Shown in pieces: positions 38,774-49,012 of a stretch of DNA of 64,000 nt (position 1 is its first letter; every line of letters begins with the position of its first letter). The stretch comes from a virus. The stretch lies in the IMG/VR virus record IMGVR_UViG_3300027708_000063, positions 7,222-71,221 of that record; one strand, given 5' to 3'. Under the pieces are notes generated by a model, which did no database searches, was not told where the DNA came from, and worked only from the letters and a program-made list of their open reading frames with translations. Position numbers and translations under genes: made by a program.

Positions 38774-38798
38774 CATTTAGATAATAGGTTGCTATAAT
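38770..38798 (+). promoter_or_regulatory. Sigma70-type promoter
   Basis: TTGACA (38770) -17 bp- TATAAT (38793). The ATG is 7 nt downstream. Confidence 0.85.
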
Positions 38799-38805
38799 TA
38801 AGTTT

Positions 38806-39531
38806 ATGACAACTTATACTCCACCTCCGTTCGTTGAACGATTCCAATATAAAAATTGTATACAGGTTAATGATCCTGTTACTAGAAAACGAGTTTATCA
38901 AACTCCGGACGGAGAAAGCCTTCCTAGTGTGACTACCATCCTTAGTGCTACCAAGGACATGACTCATTTAAACGAATGGAAAAAACGTATTGGTGTAGAG
39001 AAGGCACAACAAATTACCACAGAAGCTGCTGGCGTAGGTACTGCTATGCATGCCAATTTAGAGCGTTTCCTAATTGGTGAGCAACGACAGCCAGGCAATA
39101 ATCCAGTACATGTGCAGGCTAATAAAATGGCTGACATTATTATTGAAAATGGTCTAAACAAAATGGACGAAGTATGGGCCATGGAACAGAGCTTATACTT
39201 TCCGGGACTGTATAGCGGTACCACTGATCTTGTTGGTGTATTTGAAGGACAGCCGTGTATTGCCGACCACAAGCAAACTAACAAGCCTAAAAAAGCAGAA
39301 TGGGTTGAAGATTACTACCTACAACTAATGGCCTATATCTTAGCACATAATGAAGTGTATGGCACGGACATGAAGCGGGGAGTTATCTTTATGTGTAGCA
39401 GGGACTTCCAATATCAACAGTTTGACCTATTACCTGAAAACTTTAACAAGTATCAAGATATGTGGTTATCCAAAGTAGAAGAATATTACACACTAGGTAT
39501 GCGTGGATTGAAACCTCTCTTAACAGCATAA
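38806..39531 (+). CDS. PD-(D/E)xK exonuclease (Cas4/RecB-like phage exonuclease)
   Basis: 'PSVTTIL', 'GT.MH..LE', 'YSGTTDLV', 'DHKQT' and 'Y.LQL.AY..AH'. Confidence 0.8.
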   Translation: MTTYTPPPFVERFQYKNCIQVNDPVTRKRVYQTPDGESLPSVTTILSATKDMTHLNEWKKRIGVEKAQQITTEAAGVGTAMHANLERFLIGEQRQPGNNPVHVQANKMADIIIENGLNKMDEVWAMEQSLYFPGLYSGTTDLVGVFEGQPCIADHKQTNKPKKAEWVEDYYLQLMAYILAHNEVYGTDMKRGVIFMCSRDFQYQQFDLLPENFNKYQDMWLSKVEEYYTLGMRGLKPLLTA

Positions 39532-39555
39532 ATATCCCATAACGGGGATATTTAT

Positions 39556-41280
39556 ATGCCAATTTTGGAAATTGCAAAAATACAAGTCCGAAGAGGACAA
39601 GAACAACAAACGGGAATGCCACAACTTGCTGGCGGCGAATTTGGGTGGGCTGAAGATACTGAAAATCTATATATTGGTTTAAAGAGAGAAGATGGCGGAG
39701 CTCGTGATGCAAACATAAGAATTCTAACAGAAAACGATGCCCGTCTTTTTAATAGTTTTATTAGTGAAGGTGGTGTTAACACTGGCACCCGATATGTATG
39801 GAACATAGATGACACTAGAACTATTACCTCGTCAACATATTCGGGATCATTTCCTACCGGTAATGATAAGGTTTCGAGAACCTTACAAAACAAGCTAGAT
39901 GATCATGTTAGTGTTGCCGATTTTGGTGTAGTTACATCTACCGCAACAGATGCAATAGATTGCACAACCGCTATACAAACAGCAGTTGATCACTTATTTT
40001 TAGACTTCGACGTGTACAATGGTACAACATATGATACCGATGGTTCTTTAAAATATAATAAAAAATTATTATTCCCTGCAGGTATCTATAGAGTAGGTGG
40101 AACTATTTTTATTCCCAAAGGTACAGTTATTGTAGGTGAAGGTATTGACAAAACTATTATTGAAAACATCACTACAGGTTCTGGAGTATTCCAAACAGTG
40201 GATTACAATAATAGAAGAACTGATCCTACTCTAGGAAAGTTTGATCCTGGCACCAGCAGCAGTCCTACTAGTATTACTGGGCCCGGCCAGCCTTCCAATA
40301 TTCATATCGAAGGGATGACCATTAGATACAGTCAGTCCACTGACCTAACTCCCCATTTAAGTTTACTAAGTTTAGACTGTGTTGACAATGCTACTATTAG
40401 ACAGGTTAAATTCCAAGGTCACCATTCTGTAAACACACAGGCTAATGCTGGATACACCGGTATTGACATTAGAGGCTACAGCGAAATTACATCAGAAAAT
40501 ATTACTATTGACGATTGTGAATTCACAGGCTTATACTATGATATTAAATCCGATTATGACACCAATCACATTGTTATTCAAAATAACAGTTTTAAATATT
40601 CCAAGTACGGTGTGGCATTTAGTGCAGCTACCAACTTACTGGCCAACACAGGTCCCAAATATGCAAGACTGATTAATAATAAATTTGAAGAAATTGAAAA
40701 TCAAGGATTCTATGTAGGTAAGAATACCACAAGAGAAGCCACTAACCATGTCAGTGAAAACAACTCTTATGTTAGAGTAGGCAATTACGGATATAATGAA
40801 ACCGCTAATACCGGTACCAGCGTAATTAAATTTGAAACTAATGGTAATGCCAGCGTTAATGATTATTTTGATAGACAGCGTTGGCAAGATCAACATTTTG
40901 GCGGAAACTATACATACTTTCCGTTAATTGAAGGTAGAGCTACCATTGATTTAAATTCCGTCAATACCTCTACATTAAGCGCAAGTACAACATCTACAAT
41001 TATGCGTCTACCTATTACTGGAGCTTCACAGTATCTAAATATCAAATATATTTGTAGCGGAGGTGTTATTCAAAAATCTGGAGAACTACATGTCTATATT
41101 AGACCAGGAACAACACCGTCTGATGTTAGATTAGTTGACGAATATAATGCATCCGGATCGGATGGCGGACTATACTGGGGAATCACTGTTGAACCAGCCT
41201 ACAATTATTTTGAACTAAAGGGTATTAACCCATCTGTCACCGATGTTCAAGTGGAACTTCAAACCAAATTAATGTTGTAA
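39556..41280 (+). CDS. Virion protein with Mtd-N-like start and a pectate-lyase-like beta-helix
   Basis: 'KIQVRRG....PQLAGGEFGW', 'SVADFG...D.T.AIQ.A' and 'LLFPAGIYRV...IVGEG'. Confidence 0.7.
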   Translation: MPILEIAKIQVRRGQEQQTGMPQLAGGEFGWAEDTENLYIGLKREDGGARDANIRILTENDARLFNSFISEGGVNTGTRYVWNIDDTRTITSSTYSGSFPTGNDKVSRTLQNKLDDHVSVADFGVVTSTATDAIDCTTAIQTAVDHLFLDFDVYNGTTYDTDGSLKYNKKLLFPAGIYRVGGTIFIPKGTVIVGEGIDKTIIENITTGSGVFQTVDYNNRRTDPTLGKFDPGTSSSPTSITGPGQPSNIHIEGMTIRYSQSTDLTPHLSLLSLDCVDNATIRQVKFQGHHSVNTQANAGYTGIDIRGYSEITSENITIDDCEFTGLYYDIKSDYDTNHIVIQNNSFKYSKYGVAFSAATNLLANTGPKYARLINNKFEEIENQGFYVGKNTTREATNHVSENNSYVRVGNYGYNETANTGTSVIKFETNGNASVNDYFDRQRWQDQHFGGNYTYFPLIEGRATIDLNSVNTSTLSASTTSTIMRLPITGASQYLNIKYICSGGVIQKSGELHVYIRPGTTPSDVRLVDEYNASGSDGGLYWGITVEPAYNYFELKGINPSVTDVQVELQTKLML

Positions 41281-41288
41281 GGAAATCA

Positions 41289-41723
41289 ATGTTTAACCAG
41301 CCTGTAGATAGTAGATTAACAGAGTGGGCAAATCATAGAAAGAAGTTAGACGAGGCCGAAGACCCATTACAAGAAGTATGGGAATTTTGGCACCGGGCCC
41401 CTTTCACGCCACATAATAGAAATGTAGATCCGTATTACCAGCAAAGCTGGCCGAGTCCTTGGGAAATCATAGCAGAGAATACCTATGATGATTTTACCAA
41501 AGCTCTAATGATAGGTTGGACTTTGAAATTGACGAAAAAGTTTCAAGATAGTAGGATTGAACTACGCACATTAGTAGACAACAACAGGACAAGGCAGTAT
41601 AATCTAATATACGTCGATGACGAATGGATTATAAACTACAGTGATAATGGTCCTATTCCGAGTCCAGAATTAATTGGATCATTTAGACTAGAAAATTTGG
41701 TTGAAGTTACCACCCCAAGGTAA
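41289..41723 (+). CDS. Hypothetical phage protein
   Basis: RBS aagga. Contains 'RL..W...R', 'FW..AP' and 'WP.PWE.I'. Confidence 0.6.
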   Translation: MFNQPVDSRLTEWANHRKKLDEAEDPLQEVWEFWHRAPFTPHNRNVDPYYQQSWPSPWEIIAENTYDDFTKALMIGWTLKLTKKFQDSRIELRTLVDNNRTRQYNLIYVDDEWIINYSDNGPIPSPELIGSFRLENLVEVTTPR

Positions 41724-41756
41724 ATATCTTCCTAGAACAATAAAAGAGGGTACTTA

Positions 41757-44102
41757 ATGATCACAGTGGTCAAGCGTAATGGGCATCGAGTCTCGTTAGA
41801 TATCGCAAAAATACAGAGACAGGTAGCACATGCTTGCAAAGGCATAGATGGTGTTAGCCCTAGCATGATAGAAATTAAAGCTCAGTTAGAGCTGCATGAT
41901 GGGATGAGCACAGAAACTATAGATGAGCTACTGCTCAACGCTATGGTCAATTTGATAGATGAATCTGAAAACCCGGAAATCAATAATGTTAATTATCAAT
42001 ACGTAGCAGGTCGCCAACGTGTCAGTATGCTACGTAAGGAAGTCTATGGAGAATACGATCCACCTAAACTCTATAGTATTGTAAAAAAGAATACAGAAGC
42101 GGGTATGTACACTAGCGAACTGTTAGACTGGTACACAGAAGATGAGTGGAACATTATTGATCTGTTTATTGATCATGACAAAGATGAAACCTATACCTAT
42201 GCTGCTATTGCACAGCTAACTGAAAAATATCTTGTACAGAATCGTGCTACAGGACAGGTATATGAAACCCCGCAAGTGCGTTACGCCATTGCAGCCGCAA
42301 CAGCTTTCCATAATGAACCAAAAGAAACAAGATTAAAACTGGTAAAAGAATATTATGAGTGTGCTAGTGATGGACACTTCACCCTGGCAACTCCTGTGTT
42401 AGCTGGCCTAGGCACTACAACAAAGCAGTTTAGTTCGTGTGTATTGATCAGCAGTGATGACACTTTAGATTCTATCTTCGCTAGCGGCGAAATGATGGCC
42501 AAATATGCGTCAAAGCGAGCTGGAATTGGCCTAGAAATAGGCAGAATCAGACCGTTAGGCGCCCCAATTCGCAATGGTGAGATCAAACATACGGGTATGA
42601 TACCATTCTTGAAGAAATGGTTCGCAGATTTGAGATCATGCAGTCAAGGTGGTATACGCAACGCTAGTTGCACCGTGACATTCCCTATTTGGCATGCACA
42701 GTTTGAAGACCTTATTGTCCTAAAGAATAACCAGGGTACTGAAGAAACTCGTGTCCGCCAAATGGACTATAGCGTAGTGGTCAACAAGATGTTTTGGAAT
42801 CGCTATAAGAATGGCGAAATGATGAGCTTATTTGATCCACACGAAGTTCCGGACCTGTACGAAGCCTACTATAGAGACAGTAAAGAATTTGAAAGGTTGT
42901 ACCTACAATATGAGCAGGACAAGAAAATTAAAAAGAAAGTTGTATCGGCAGATGCGATATTCAAAGCTGGCATCCTTAAAGAACGTACTGATACTGGGCG
43001 CATTTATCTTGTCAACATCGACAACGTTATCAACCAGGGGCCGTTTGATACACAGCTTGACCCGATTTATCAATCAAACTTATGCCAAGAAATACTTTTA
43101 CCCACCCGCCCTTTCCAGAGAATTGAAGATCCAGAGGGACGAATTGCTCTTTGCACTCTTGGGTCAATCAACTGGGGAGCCTTCCGCAACCCACAGGAGA
43201 TGAGAAAAGCCTGTCGTGTACTAGTACGTAGCCTGAGTAACTTGTTGAACTATCAAGACTTCTTGAGTATCCAAAGTAAAATGGCCAATACAGATTTTGA
43301 ACCTCTCGGCGTTGGCATTACTAATCTAGCCTATTGGCATGCTCGTAAAAGTTTTAAATACGGTACACCCGAAGCACTAGCCGAAGTCAAGCGTTGGATG
43401 GAACATCAAGCCTACTACCTTACCGAAGCCAGTGTCGAGCTTGCCCAAGATAGAGGGCCATGCGGACGTAGCGAATACACTTACTACGGTAAGGGAGTAT
43501 TCCCTTGGGAGCGTAGAGCACCTGGTGTAAATGAACTAACAGACTTCACCCCTAGTATGGATTGGGAACCATTGCGTGAACGCATGAAAAAATATGGTAT
43601 CCGTAATGCTACATTGATGGCAGTTGCTCCCGTAGAATCTAGCTCAGTTGTTTTAAATAGTACCAATGGAATTGAAATGCCTATGGAATTGATCAGTGTT
43701 AAGGAATCCAAAGCTGGATCATTTGTACAGGTAGTACCAGAGTACAAACGTCTAAAGAATCGTTATCAATTGATGTGGGATCAAAAGGACTGTGTTGAGT
43801 ATTTGAAGACTGCGGCAGTACTAGCTGTCTACATTGATCAGTCGTTATCCACTAACACATTCTATAATCCTGCACACTTTACCAGTAATGATACGCAACA
43901 GGATCGTAAAGTTCCAGGTACACTGATTGCCAAGAATTTAATGTTGGCCTATAAGTGGGGTTTGAAGACCATTTATTATAGCCTTGTGAATAAACTCGGC
44001 GCAAAGGCACCGGGTACTGGAACCAATACGTCTCCGTTAATATCTGCTACTCCGATAGCAATCTATGAAGATGAAGATTCTTGCGAGGCCTGCAAGTTGT
44101 GA
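41757..44102 (+). CDS. nrdA: Ribonucleotide reductase class Ia alpha subunit with ATP-cone
   Basis: N-terminal VVKRNG ATP-cone, FSSCVL, SNLCQEI, APVESSS and a C-terminal CEACKL. Confidence 0.97.
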   Translation: MITVVKRNGHRVSLDIAKIQRQVAHACKGIDGVSPSMIEIKAQLELHDGMSTETIDELLLNAMVNLIDESENPEINNVNYQYVAGRQRVSMLRKEVYGEYDPPKLYSIVKKNTEAGMYTSELLDWYTEDEWNIIDLFIDHDKDETYTYAAIAQLTEKYLVQNRATGQVYETPQVRYAIAAATAFHNEPKETRLKLVKEYYECASDGHFTLATPVLAGLGTTTKQFSSCVLISSDDTLDSIFASGEMMAKYASKRAGIGLEIGRIRPLGAPIRNGEIKHTGMIPFLKKWFADLRSCSQGGIRNASCTVTFPIWHAQFEDLIVLKNNQGTEETRVRQMDYSVVVNKMFWNRYKNGEMMSLFDPHEVPDLYEAYYRDSKEFERLYLQYEQDKKIKKKVVSADAIFKAGILKERTDTGRIYLVNIDNVINQGPFDTQLDPIYQSNLCQEILLPTRPFQRIEDPEGRIALCTLGSINWGAFRNPQEMRKACRVLVRSLSNLLNYQDFLSIQSKMANTDFEPLGVGITNLAYWHARKSFKYGTPEALAEVKRWMEHQAYYLTEASVELAQDRGPCGRSEYTYYGKGVFPWERRAPGVNELTDFTPSMDWEPLRERMKKYGIRNATLMAVAPVESSSVVLNSTNGIEMPMELISVKESKAGSFVQVVPEYKRLKNRYQLMWDQKDCVEYLKTAAVLAVYIDQSLSTNTFYNPAHFTSNDTQQDRKVPGTLIAKNLMLAYKWGLKTIYYSLVNKLGAKAPGTGTNTSPLISATPIAIYEDEDSCEACKL

Positions 44103-44425
44103 TCTCAATGACAGAACGTGCTGCTAAAAAAGTAGCACAGGTTATTGAAAAACGCGGCAAGGGATTGGGCATAAGAGTAGGCGTTAAAACTACCGGTTGC
44201 TCTGGCCTTGCCTATGTGTTAGAATATGTAGATAGTGTTCCTGTTACACGTGATCAATTTGTTTATGAAAGCTACGGAGTTAAAGTTTGGGTGGATGGTA
44301 GATCATCCCCATATGTTAATGGTGTTGAAGTAGACTATGTAAGAAATGGATTGAACGAAGGATTTGAATTTAAAAATCCCAACGAGCGTGACCGTTGTGG
44401 ATGTGGTGAAAGTTTTAGAGTATAA
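44099..44425 (+). CDS. iscA: Iron-sulfur cluster A-type carrier (IscA/HesB)
   Basis: GCSG and CGCGESF motifs. The likely GTG start at 44099 overlaps the nrdA stop. Confidence 0.92.
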   Translation: MISMTERAAKKVAQVIEKRGKGLGIRVGVKTTGCSGLAYVLEYVDSVPVTRDQFVYESYGVKVWVDGRSSPYVNGVEVDYVRNGLNEGFEFKNPNERDRCGCGESFRV

Positions 44426-44427
44426 AA

Positions 44428-45078
44428 ATGTTAGAAACAATTTGTGAAGTATTAGAAGACGCATACAAGCGTAATTGGATTACAAGCCGTGATGGCAATG
44501 TAAGCATTCGTCACCACGACCGTGATCACTTTTACATTACACCTAGTGGTGTTCGTAAACAAACACTACAACCTGATCAGTTCAAGAAGATTAAATTAGT
44601 CAATCATATTAATCCTTCCCCTCCATTTTTAACAAAGTCGTGGGAAGAAGAGTTTTATACCAACATCAGTTCTAACTTGGAACCTAGCGGAGAGATTCCT
44701 TTACACTTTGGACTACAACGAGAAATGGGGCAACATAGTGGCGATGTTCGTGTAGTTGTGCATGTGCATCCGACATACTGTATTGCTGCTATGCATGCCG
44801 GTATTGATTTGAGTACCATCAGCGATGCGTTCCCAGAATTGAATCGTTACACTCGAGTGGCACCTAATGTGGGTGATGTTCCTCCGATCAGTCAAGAGCT
44901 TGCTGATCGCTGTCATGAAAAGTTACAGTTAGATGACCGCGGCAATATTGCCTACGATATTGTAGGTATCAAAGGTCACGGAGTAGTTGCTATCGATACA
45001 AGTCCGTGGCGTGCGTATGAACATATTGAGCGTCTCGAGCATATTTGCAAGGTAGTGCTTGCGTCAGGAAAATATTAA
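44428..45078 (+). CDS. Class II aldolase/adducin family protein
   Basis: GNVS.R, ITPSG, PSGE..LH, VHVHP and GHGV metal-binding motifs. Confidence 0.9.
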   Translation: MLETICEVLEDAYKRNWITSRDGNVSIRHHDRDHFYITPSGVRKQTLQPDQFKKIKLVNHINPSPPFLTKSWEEEFYTNISSNLEPSGEIPLHFGLQREMGQHSGDVRVVVHVHPTYCIAAMHAGIDLSTISDAFPELNRYTRVAPNVGDVPPISQELADRCHEKLQLDDRGNIAYDIVGIKGHGVVAIDTSPWRAYEHIERLEHICKVVLASGKY

Positions 45079-46178
45079 TGTCAAAAGAACAATACAACTT
45101 ATCAAAACAAACAAATTATCTAAAGCGTACAATGTTTTTGGATCCAGCAGGTCCAGTCACAGTACAACGCTTTGAAGAAGTCAAATATCCTCGAATCGCC
45201 AAATATGAAGAAACTGCTCGTGGCTTCTTCTGGGTTCCTGAAGAGATCAGTCTTACCAAAGACAAAATGGATCACAAGGATGCTAGCGATGCAATCAAGC
45301 ATATCTTTACCAGCAACCTACTGCGTCAAACTGCTCTAGACAGTATCCAAGGTCGTGCCCCTAATCAAGTGTTCAGCCCTGTTATCAGCATCCCTGAACT
45401 AGAAGCACTGGTGAGCAATTGGAGTTTCTTTGAGACAAATATTCACAGTAAAAGTTACAGCCACATTATCCGTAATGTCTATGGTGTGCCTAAAGAAGAG
45501 TTTAACAAGATTCACGATACGAGCGAGATTGTTAGTATGGCTGCTAACATTGGTCGCTACTATGAAAGCCTACATCAATTAAACTGTTTCAAAGAAACAG
45601 GAACCGATGTTGCCGAAAGTCATCACATCAAGGCAATCTGGATGGCACTTAACGCTAGTTATGCCCTAGAAGCTTTCCGTTTTATGGTTTCATTTGCTAC
45701 CTCATTAGCCATGGTTGAGAATAAGATTTATATCGGTAACGGCAATATCATCAGCCTGATCCTACAGGATGAAATACTACACGCAGAGTGGACTGCCTGG
45801 TTGATTAACAATGTGACTAAAGATGACGAAAGATTTATCAAAGCTAAAGAAGAATGTGAAGCTGAAGTATATCAAATGTATATGGATGTAATTGCTGAAG
45901 AAAAATCTTGGGCCGAGTACCTATTTAAACTAGGACCAGTCATTGGACTTAATGCTGCCATCTTGAGTGACTTTGTTGACTATACTGCATTTACTCGTCT
46001 CAAAGAAATTGGTATTAAGTATCAAGGCGAGCATCCTAAGTCTAGTCCCATCCCTTGGTTTAACAAGCACGTTAATATCGGCAAAAAACAAAGTGCCCTG
46101 CAGGAAACAGAATCTACAAATTATGTTATCGGTGTCATGTCTGATTCAGTAACATACGATGATCTACCAGATCTATAA
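45078..46178 (+). CDS. nrdB: Ribonucleotide reductase class Ia beta subunit
   Basis: FFWVPEE, 'ETNIHSKSY' (radical Tyr), 'LEAFRF..SF', 'DEILH' and 'QETE..NY'. ATG at 45078. Confidence 0.97.
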   Translation: MSKEQYNLSKQTNYLKRTMFLDPAGPVTVQRFEEVKYPRIAKYEETARGFFWVPEEISLTKDKMDHKDASDAIKHIFTSNLLRQTALDSIQGRAPNQVFSPVISIPELEALVSNWSFFETNIHSKSYSHIIRNVYGVPKEEFNKIHDTSEIVSMAANIGRYYESLHQLNCFKETGTDVAESHHIKAIWMALNASYALEAFRFMVSFATSLAMVENKIYIGNGNIISLILQDEILHAEWTAWLINNVTKDDERFIKAKEECEAEVYQMYMDVIAEEKSWAEYLFKLGPVIGLNAAILSDFVDYTAFTRLKEIGIKYQGEHPKSSPIPWFNKHVNIGKKQSALQETESTNYVIGVMSDSVTYDDLPDL

Positions 46179-46190
46179 AGGAAAATAAAA

Positions 46191-46415
46191 ATGAAAGTTA
46201 TTGTATGGAGCAAATACAATTGTCCCCACTGTGATCAAGCTAAAACATTGTTAGGTCAGCGTGATATTAAATTTGAAGAACGTAAAATTGGTGACGGATA
46301 TACTCGAGAAGAATTGTTAGAAGAGATTCCGTCTGCTCGGTCAGTGCCGCAGATCGTTATCGACGATCTAGTAATTGGGGGCTTTACTGAATTGAAGGCA
46401 TACCTAAATGGCTAA
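46191..46415 (+). CDS. Glutaredoxin
   Basis: CPHC, 'RSVPQI' and 'IGGFTEL'. Confidence 0.92.
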   Translation: MKVIVWSKYNCPHCDQAKTLLGQRDIKFEERKIGDGYTREELLEEIPSARSVPQIVIDDLVIGGFTELKAYLNG

Positions 46416-46896
46416 TGGGTTTGACGAAATTAAAGAAGCTCTGGCCAATATTAAATCGGAAGACTTTAAATGGAAAGACGAGTCAGATAACACGGGCATT
46501 ATTGCACAGGAGACTGGCGATGTATTAAACGATACTATTACCCTTGATTCGTCGTTATGGAGCTCAAGCTCCTTTAAAATATCCACTATAGGTAGTGGAG
46601 GATCATATCTATATAATGGAATGAATGGGACCACTTGGTCTACTGCTCCTAGCGTAACATCATCATCTAATCCTTCATCATTGAGTGTTAAGGGCGATGC
46701 AGATTTTGAGGGTGATGTTAAAATCAAAGGTGTTAGTATTGCTAAGACACTTGAAGATATACAGGGTCGCCTTGCTATCCTAGTACCAGATCCTGCAAAG
46801 TTAGAACACTTTGAGGCACTGAAGAAAGCCTATAACCATTATAAAATGTTAGAGTCACTATGCGAGTTGCCGTCGAAAGACCAAAAAGAATCTTAA
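46408..46896 (+). CDS. Hypothetical phage protein
   Basis: ORF with C-terminal 'L.IL.PD...E.F..LK.AY.HYK.LE'. Confidence 0.6.
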   Translation: MANGFDEIKEALANIKSEDFKWKDESDNTGIIAQETGDVLNDTITLDSSLWSSSSFKISTIGSGGSYLYNGMNGTTWSTAPSVTSSSNPSSLSVKGDADFEGDVKIKGVSIAKTLEDIQGRLAILVPDPAKLEHFEALKKAYNHYKMLESLCELPSKDQKES

Positions 46897-47327
46897 TTAT
46901 GGGTTTACCTGGTGCAGGTAAAACTTATCTAGCACAGCATATTTTAGACCACCTACAGGCAGATAAAAAACGTGTAGGTTGGTTAAATGCTGATGATGTT
47001 CGAGAAAAATTTAATGATTGGGATTTTAGCATCGATGGCCGTATTCGTCAAAGTCTGCGTATGCGAGATCTAGCAGATGCAATGACAGACATGGATTATG
47101 TCATTTGTGATTTTGTTGCACCTCTAGTAGAGATGCGAAAAAACTTTGATGCTGATTGGACTGTATGGGTTGATACTATACAGGAAGGTAGATATTCTGA
47201 TACAAACGTTATGTTTGTTAAACCCGATATATATGATTTTCATATTACAGAACAGCACGGGGAAAAATGGGGCGAGTTCGTTGCCGCACATATACTAGAC
47301 AGTCGTCTAAAAAATTTAAAGGAATAA
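46860..47327 (+). CDS. Adenylyl-sulfate kinase-like P-loop kinase
   Basis: GLPGAGKT, 'NAD.VR...DWDFS..GR.RQ' and 'DFVAP'. Confidence 0.8.
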   Translation: MRVAVERPKRILIMGLPGAGKTYLAQHILDHLQADKKRVGWLNADDVREKFNDWDFSIDGRIRQSLRMRDLADAMTDMDYVICDFVAPLVEMRKNFDADWTVWVDTIQEGRYSDTNVMFVKPDIYDFHITEQHGEKWGEFVAAHILDSRLKNLKE

Positions 47328-47328
47328 A

Positions 47329-47622
47329 ATGTTAATAAACGTAAGTAAGAATTTCTCCGTAGGAGATGTAGTAAGCATCAAACTAATCAATGGTGATGAA
47401 ATTATTGCTAGATTTGAAAAGGAAGATACTGAGACTATTACAATTAGTCGTCCACTAGCATTGACTATGAATGGTCAAGGCCTTGGAATGATTCCTTGGG
47501 TTTTTCTGGGCAAAGATGGTTCTATTACTATTAGTAAAGCCAACACATTTTTTGTTGTAGAAAGCAAAGGCGAAGCTGCTACACAGTATATTGAAGGTAC
47601 TACTGGTATTGCCCTTCGTTAA
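47329..47622 (+). CDS. Sm/LSm-like small beta protein
   Basis: 'VSIKLINGDEII.R...P' pattern common in large phages. Confidence 0.5.
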   Translation: MLINVSKNFSVGDVVSIKLINGDEIIARFEKEDTETITISRPLALTMNGQGLGMIPWVFLGKDGSITISKANTFFVVESKGEAATQYIEGTTGIALR

Positions 47623-47643
47623 ATACAGTACTAGGAGAAAAGT

Positions 47644-48483
47644 ATGGCAGGATATATTCCGGGAAATAATAAACTATCAGACGTTTATCAAAGTTCTAAT
47701 GTCTTTGTAAATAACGTACCGGTAGTGACCTACGGAGCTCCTGGCGCTAGCGGATCATTTGGCAGCATCAGCGTCAGTGTATCAGTTAGTTTAGATCCAG
47801 CAGTTGAAGAAGCAGCAGCGGCTCAGGTCAATACCTACGTTGCTGCACAGAATGGACAACCTAATCAATATTATCAAGCTGCGGCAGCTGCTGATGGTGT
47901 CAAAGGCAACTATGCAGGAACAGTTGATGATGGAGCAGTGGCTTCCACAGCAACATCTACGATTGCCACTGATGCCAGCTTCAGTGATATATCAGCATTT
48001 CTAACACAATGCCTAAACGAAGCTGCCCAAGGTAAGTGGCGTGAGACAGGACAGGGTGGTAAACCTAGCAACCCCACCATTACTGGAATTTGGCAGAACT
48101 TGGGATATAAGAATAATAGTCCTTGGAATACTGACCAAACAGCTTGGTGCATGGGATTTGTAAATTATGCACTAAAAAGCTCGGGCTATAGATATTTCCA
48201 AACTGCTAGTGCAGCCGCTATTACTACTAACCCAGAAAAGTGGGGTGCTGTGCAAGTTCCAAAAGATCAAGCAAAGCCCGGCGACATTGCATTTTGGAGC
48301 TATCGACATGTTAACTTTGTATATACTGCACAAGATGGAAAGTATACTTTTGTTGGTGGAAACCAAACTCCGAGCGGTGGCAAGAACAATCCAGACGATG
48401 GGGATATAACCAAATCTTATCCAGGCGGAACACCTGCAAGCAATGCAAATTGGGTAAGTTGCTGGCGTCCAACTAAGTCATAA
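47644..48483 (+). CDS. CHAP/NlpC-P60-like peptidoglycan hydrolase (TIGR02594-like), possibly baseplate-associated
   Basis: 'AWCMGFVN' (Cys), 'PGDI', 'HVNFV' (His) and 'GGNQ'. N-terminal 'SNVFVN' is spike-like. Confidence 0.75.
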   Translation: MAGYIPGNNKLSDVYQSSNVFVNNVPVVTYGAPGASGSFGSISVSVSVSLDPAVEEAAAAQVNTYVAAQNGQPNQYYQAAAAADGVKGNYAGTVDDGAVASTATSTIATDASFSDISAFLTQCLNEAAQGKWRETGQGGKPSNPTITGIWQNLGYKNNSPWNTDQTAWCMGFVNYALKSSGYRYFQTASAAAITTNPEKWGAVQVPKDQAKPGDIAFWSYRHVNFVYTAQDGKYTFVGGNQTPSGGKNNPDDGDITKSYPGGTPASNANWVSCWRPTKS

Positions 48484-48486
48484 TGG

Positions 48487-48515
48487 TTGACACGCTGGTA
48501 AAATCATAGTATAAT
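48487..48515 (+). promoter_or_regulatory. Sigma70-type promoter
   Basis: TTGACA -17 bp- TATAAT. Confidence 0.85.
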
Positions 48516-48535
48516 AATAACAAGAGGAAGCAGTA

Positions 48536-48748
48536 ATGCAACAGGGAAAAGTAAAATGGTTCAATAATTCTAAAGGTTTTGGATTTATTGTATCAGATGC
48601 AGGTGGAGAGGATATCTTTGCCCATTTTAGCCAAATCCAAATGGAAGGCTATAAAACTTTAAAACCGGACCAGTTGGTCCAATTTGAAGTAGTAGAAGGT
48701 AAAAACGGTAAACAGGCTCAAAACATTCAACCAGTTCAGAAAGTTTAA
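48536..48748 (+). CDS. csp: Cold-shock domain protein
   Basis: GKVKWFN..KGFGFI (RNP1), DIFAHFS (RNP2) and 'G.QA.NI'. Confidence 0.95.
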   Translation: MQQGKVKWFNNSKGFGFIVSDAGGEDIFAHFSQIQMEGYKTLKPDQLVQFEVVEGKNGKQAQNIQPVQKV

Positions 48749-48749
48749 A

Positions 48750-48896
48750 ATGTATACATATGAAATTTGGATTCGTCTTAACCAATATCAAACTGCCCAC
48801 GTGCGTTTGCAAGCAGATGACGACCTTCGAGCCAAAATGATTGCCGAAGCCCAATACGGTGCAGGTAATGTCCTTAACTACACTCGGGTAAGTTAA
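48750..48896 (+). CDS. Small hypothetical protein (48 aa), not in the ORF track
   Basis: MYTYEIWIRLNQYQTAHVRLQADDDLRAKMIAEAQYGAGNVLNYTRVS*, directly after csp. Confidence 0.6.
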   Translation: MYTYEIWIRLNQYQTAHVRLQADDDLRAKMIAEAQYGAGNVLNYTRVS

Positions 48897-48905
48897 ATAA
48901 TATAT

Positions 48906-48989
48906 GTCCCGTGGGGGTAAACCTGCGTAGCAAGTTGCCAAGGTGAGAGACCTTGTAAGTTAGGCGGAGACTCCACAAGCCCCAGGGAT
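48906..48989 (+). ncRNA. Unidentified structured RNA or leader element
   Basis: Terminal helix GTCCC-g-TGGGG/CCCCA-GGGAT, inner CCT/AGG and CAAGGT-gagag-ACCTTG. It follows TAAATA at 48894. Confidence 0.5.
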
Positions 48990-49012
48990 TCCGTCATTTT
49001 TTGGAGACAATT

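Noticed and set aside
38806-39531. Cas4 indicating a CRISPR system
   Set aside because: It lacks the Fe-S cysteine cluster and any cas or array context, and fits a stand-alone phage PD-(D/E)xK exonuclease.
41757-46178. Introns or inteins in nrdA/nrdB
   Set aside because: Both genes are of normal length and have continuous motifs.
48914-48960. GGTAAACC start resembling a c-di-GMP-I riboswitch, and CAAGCCC resembling twister
   Set aside because: The GACGCAAAG junction and second stem of c-di-GMP-I are absent, and the twister pseudoknots could not be formed.
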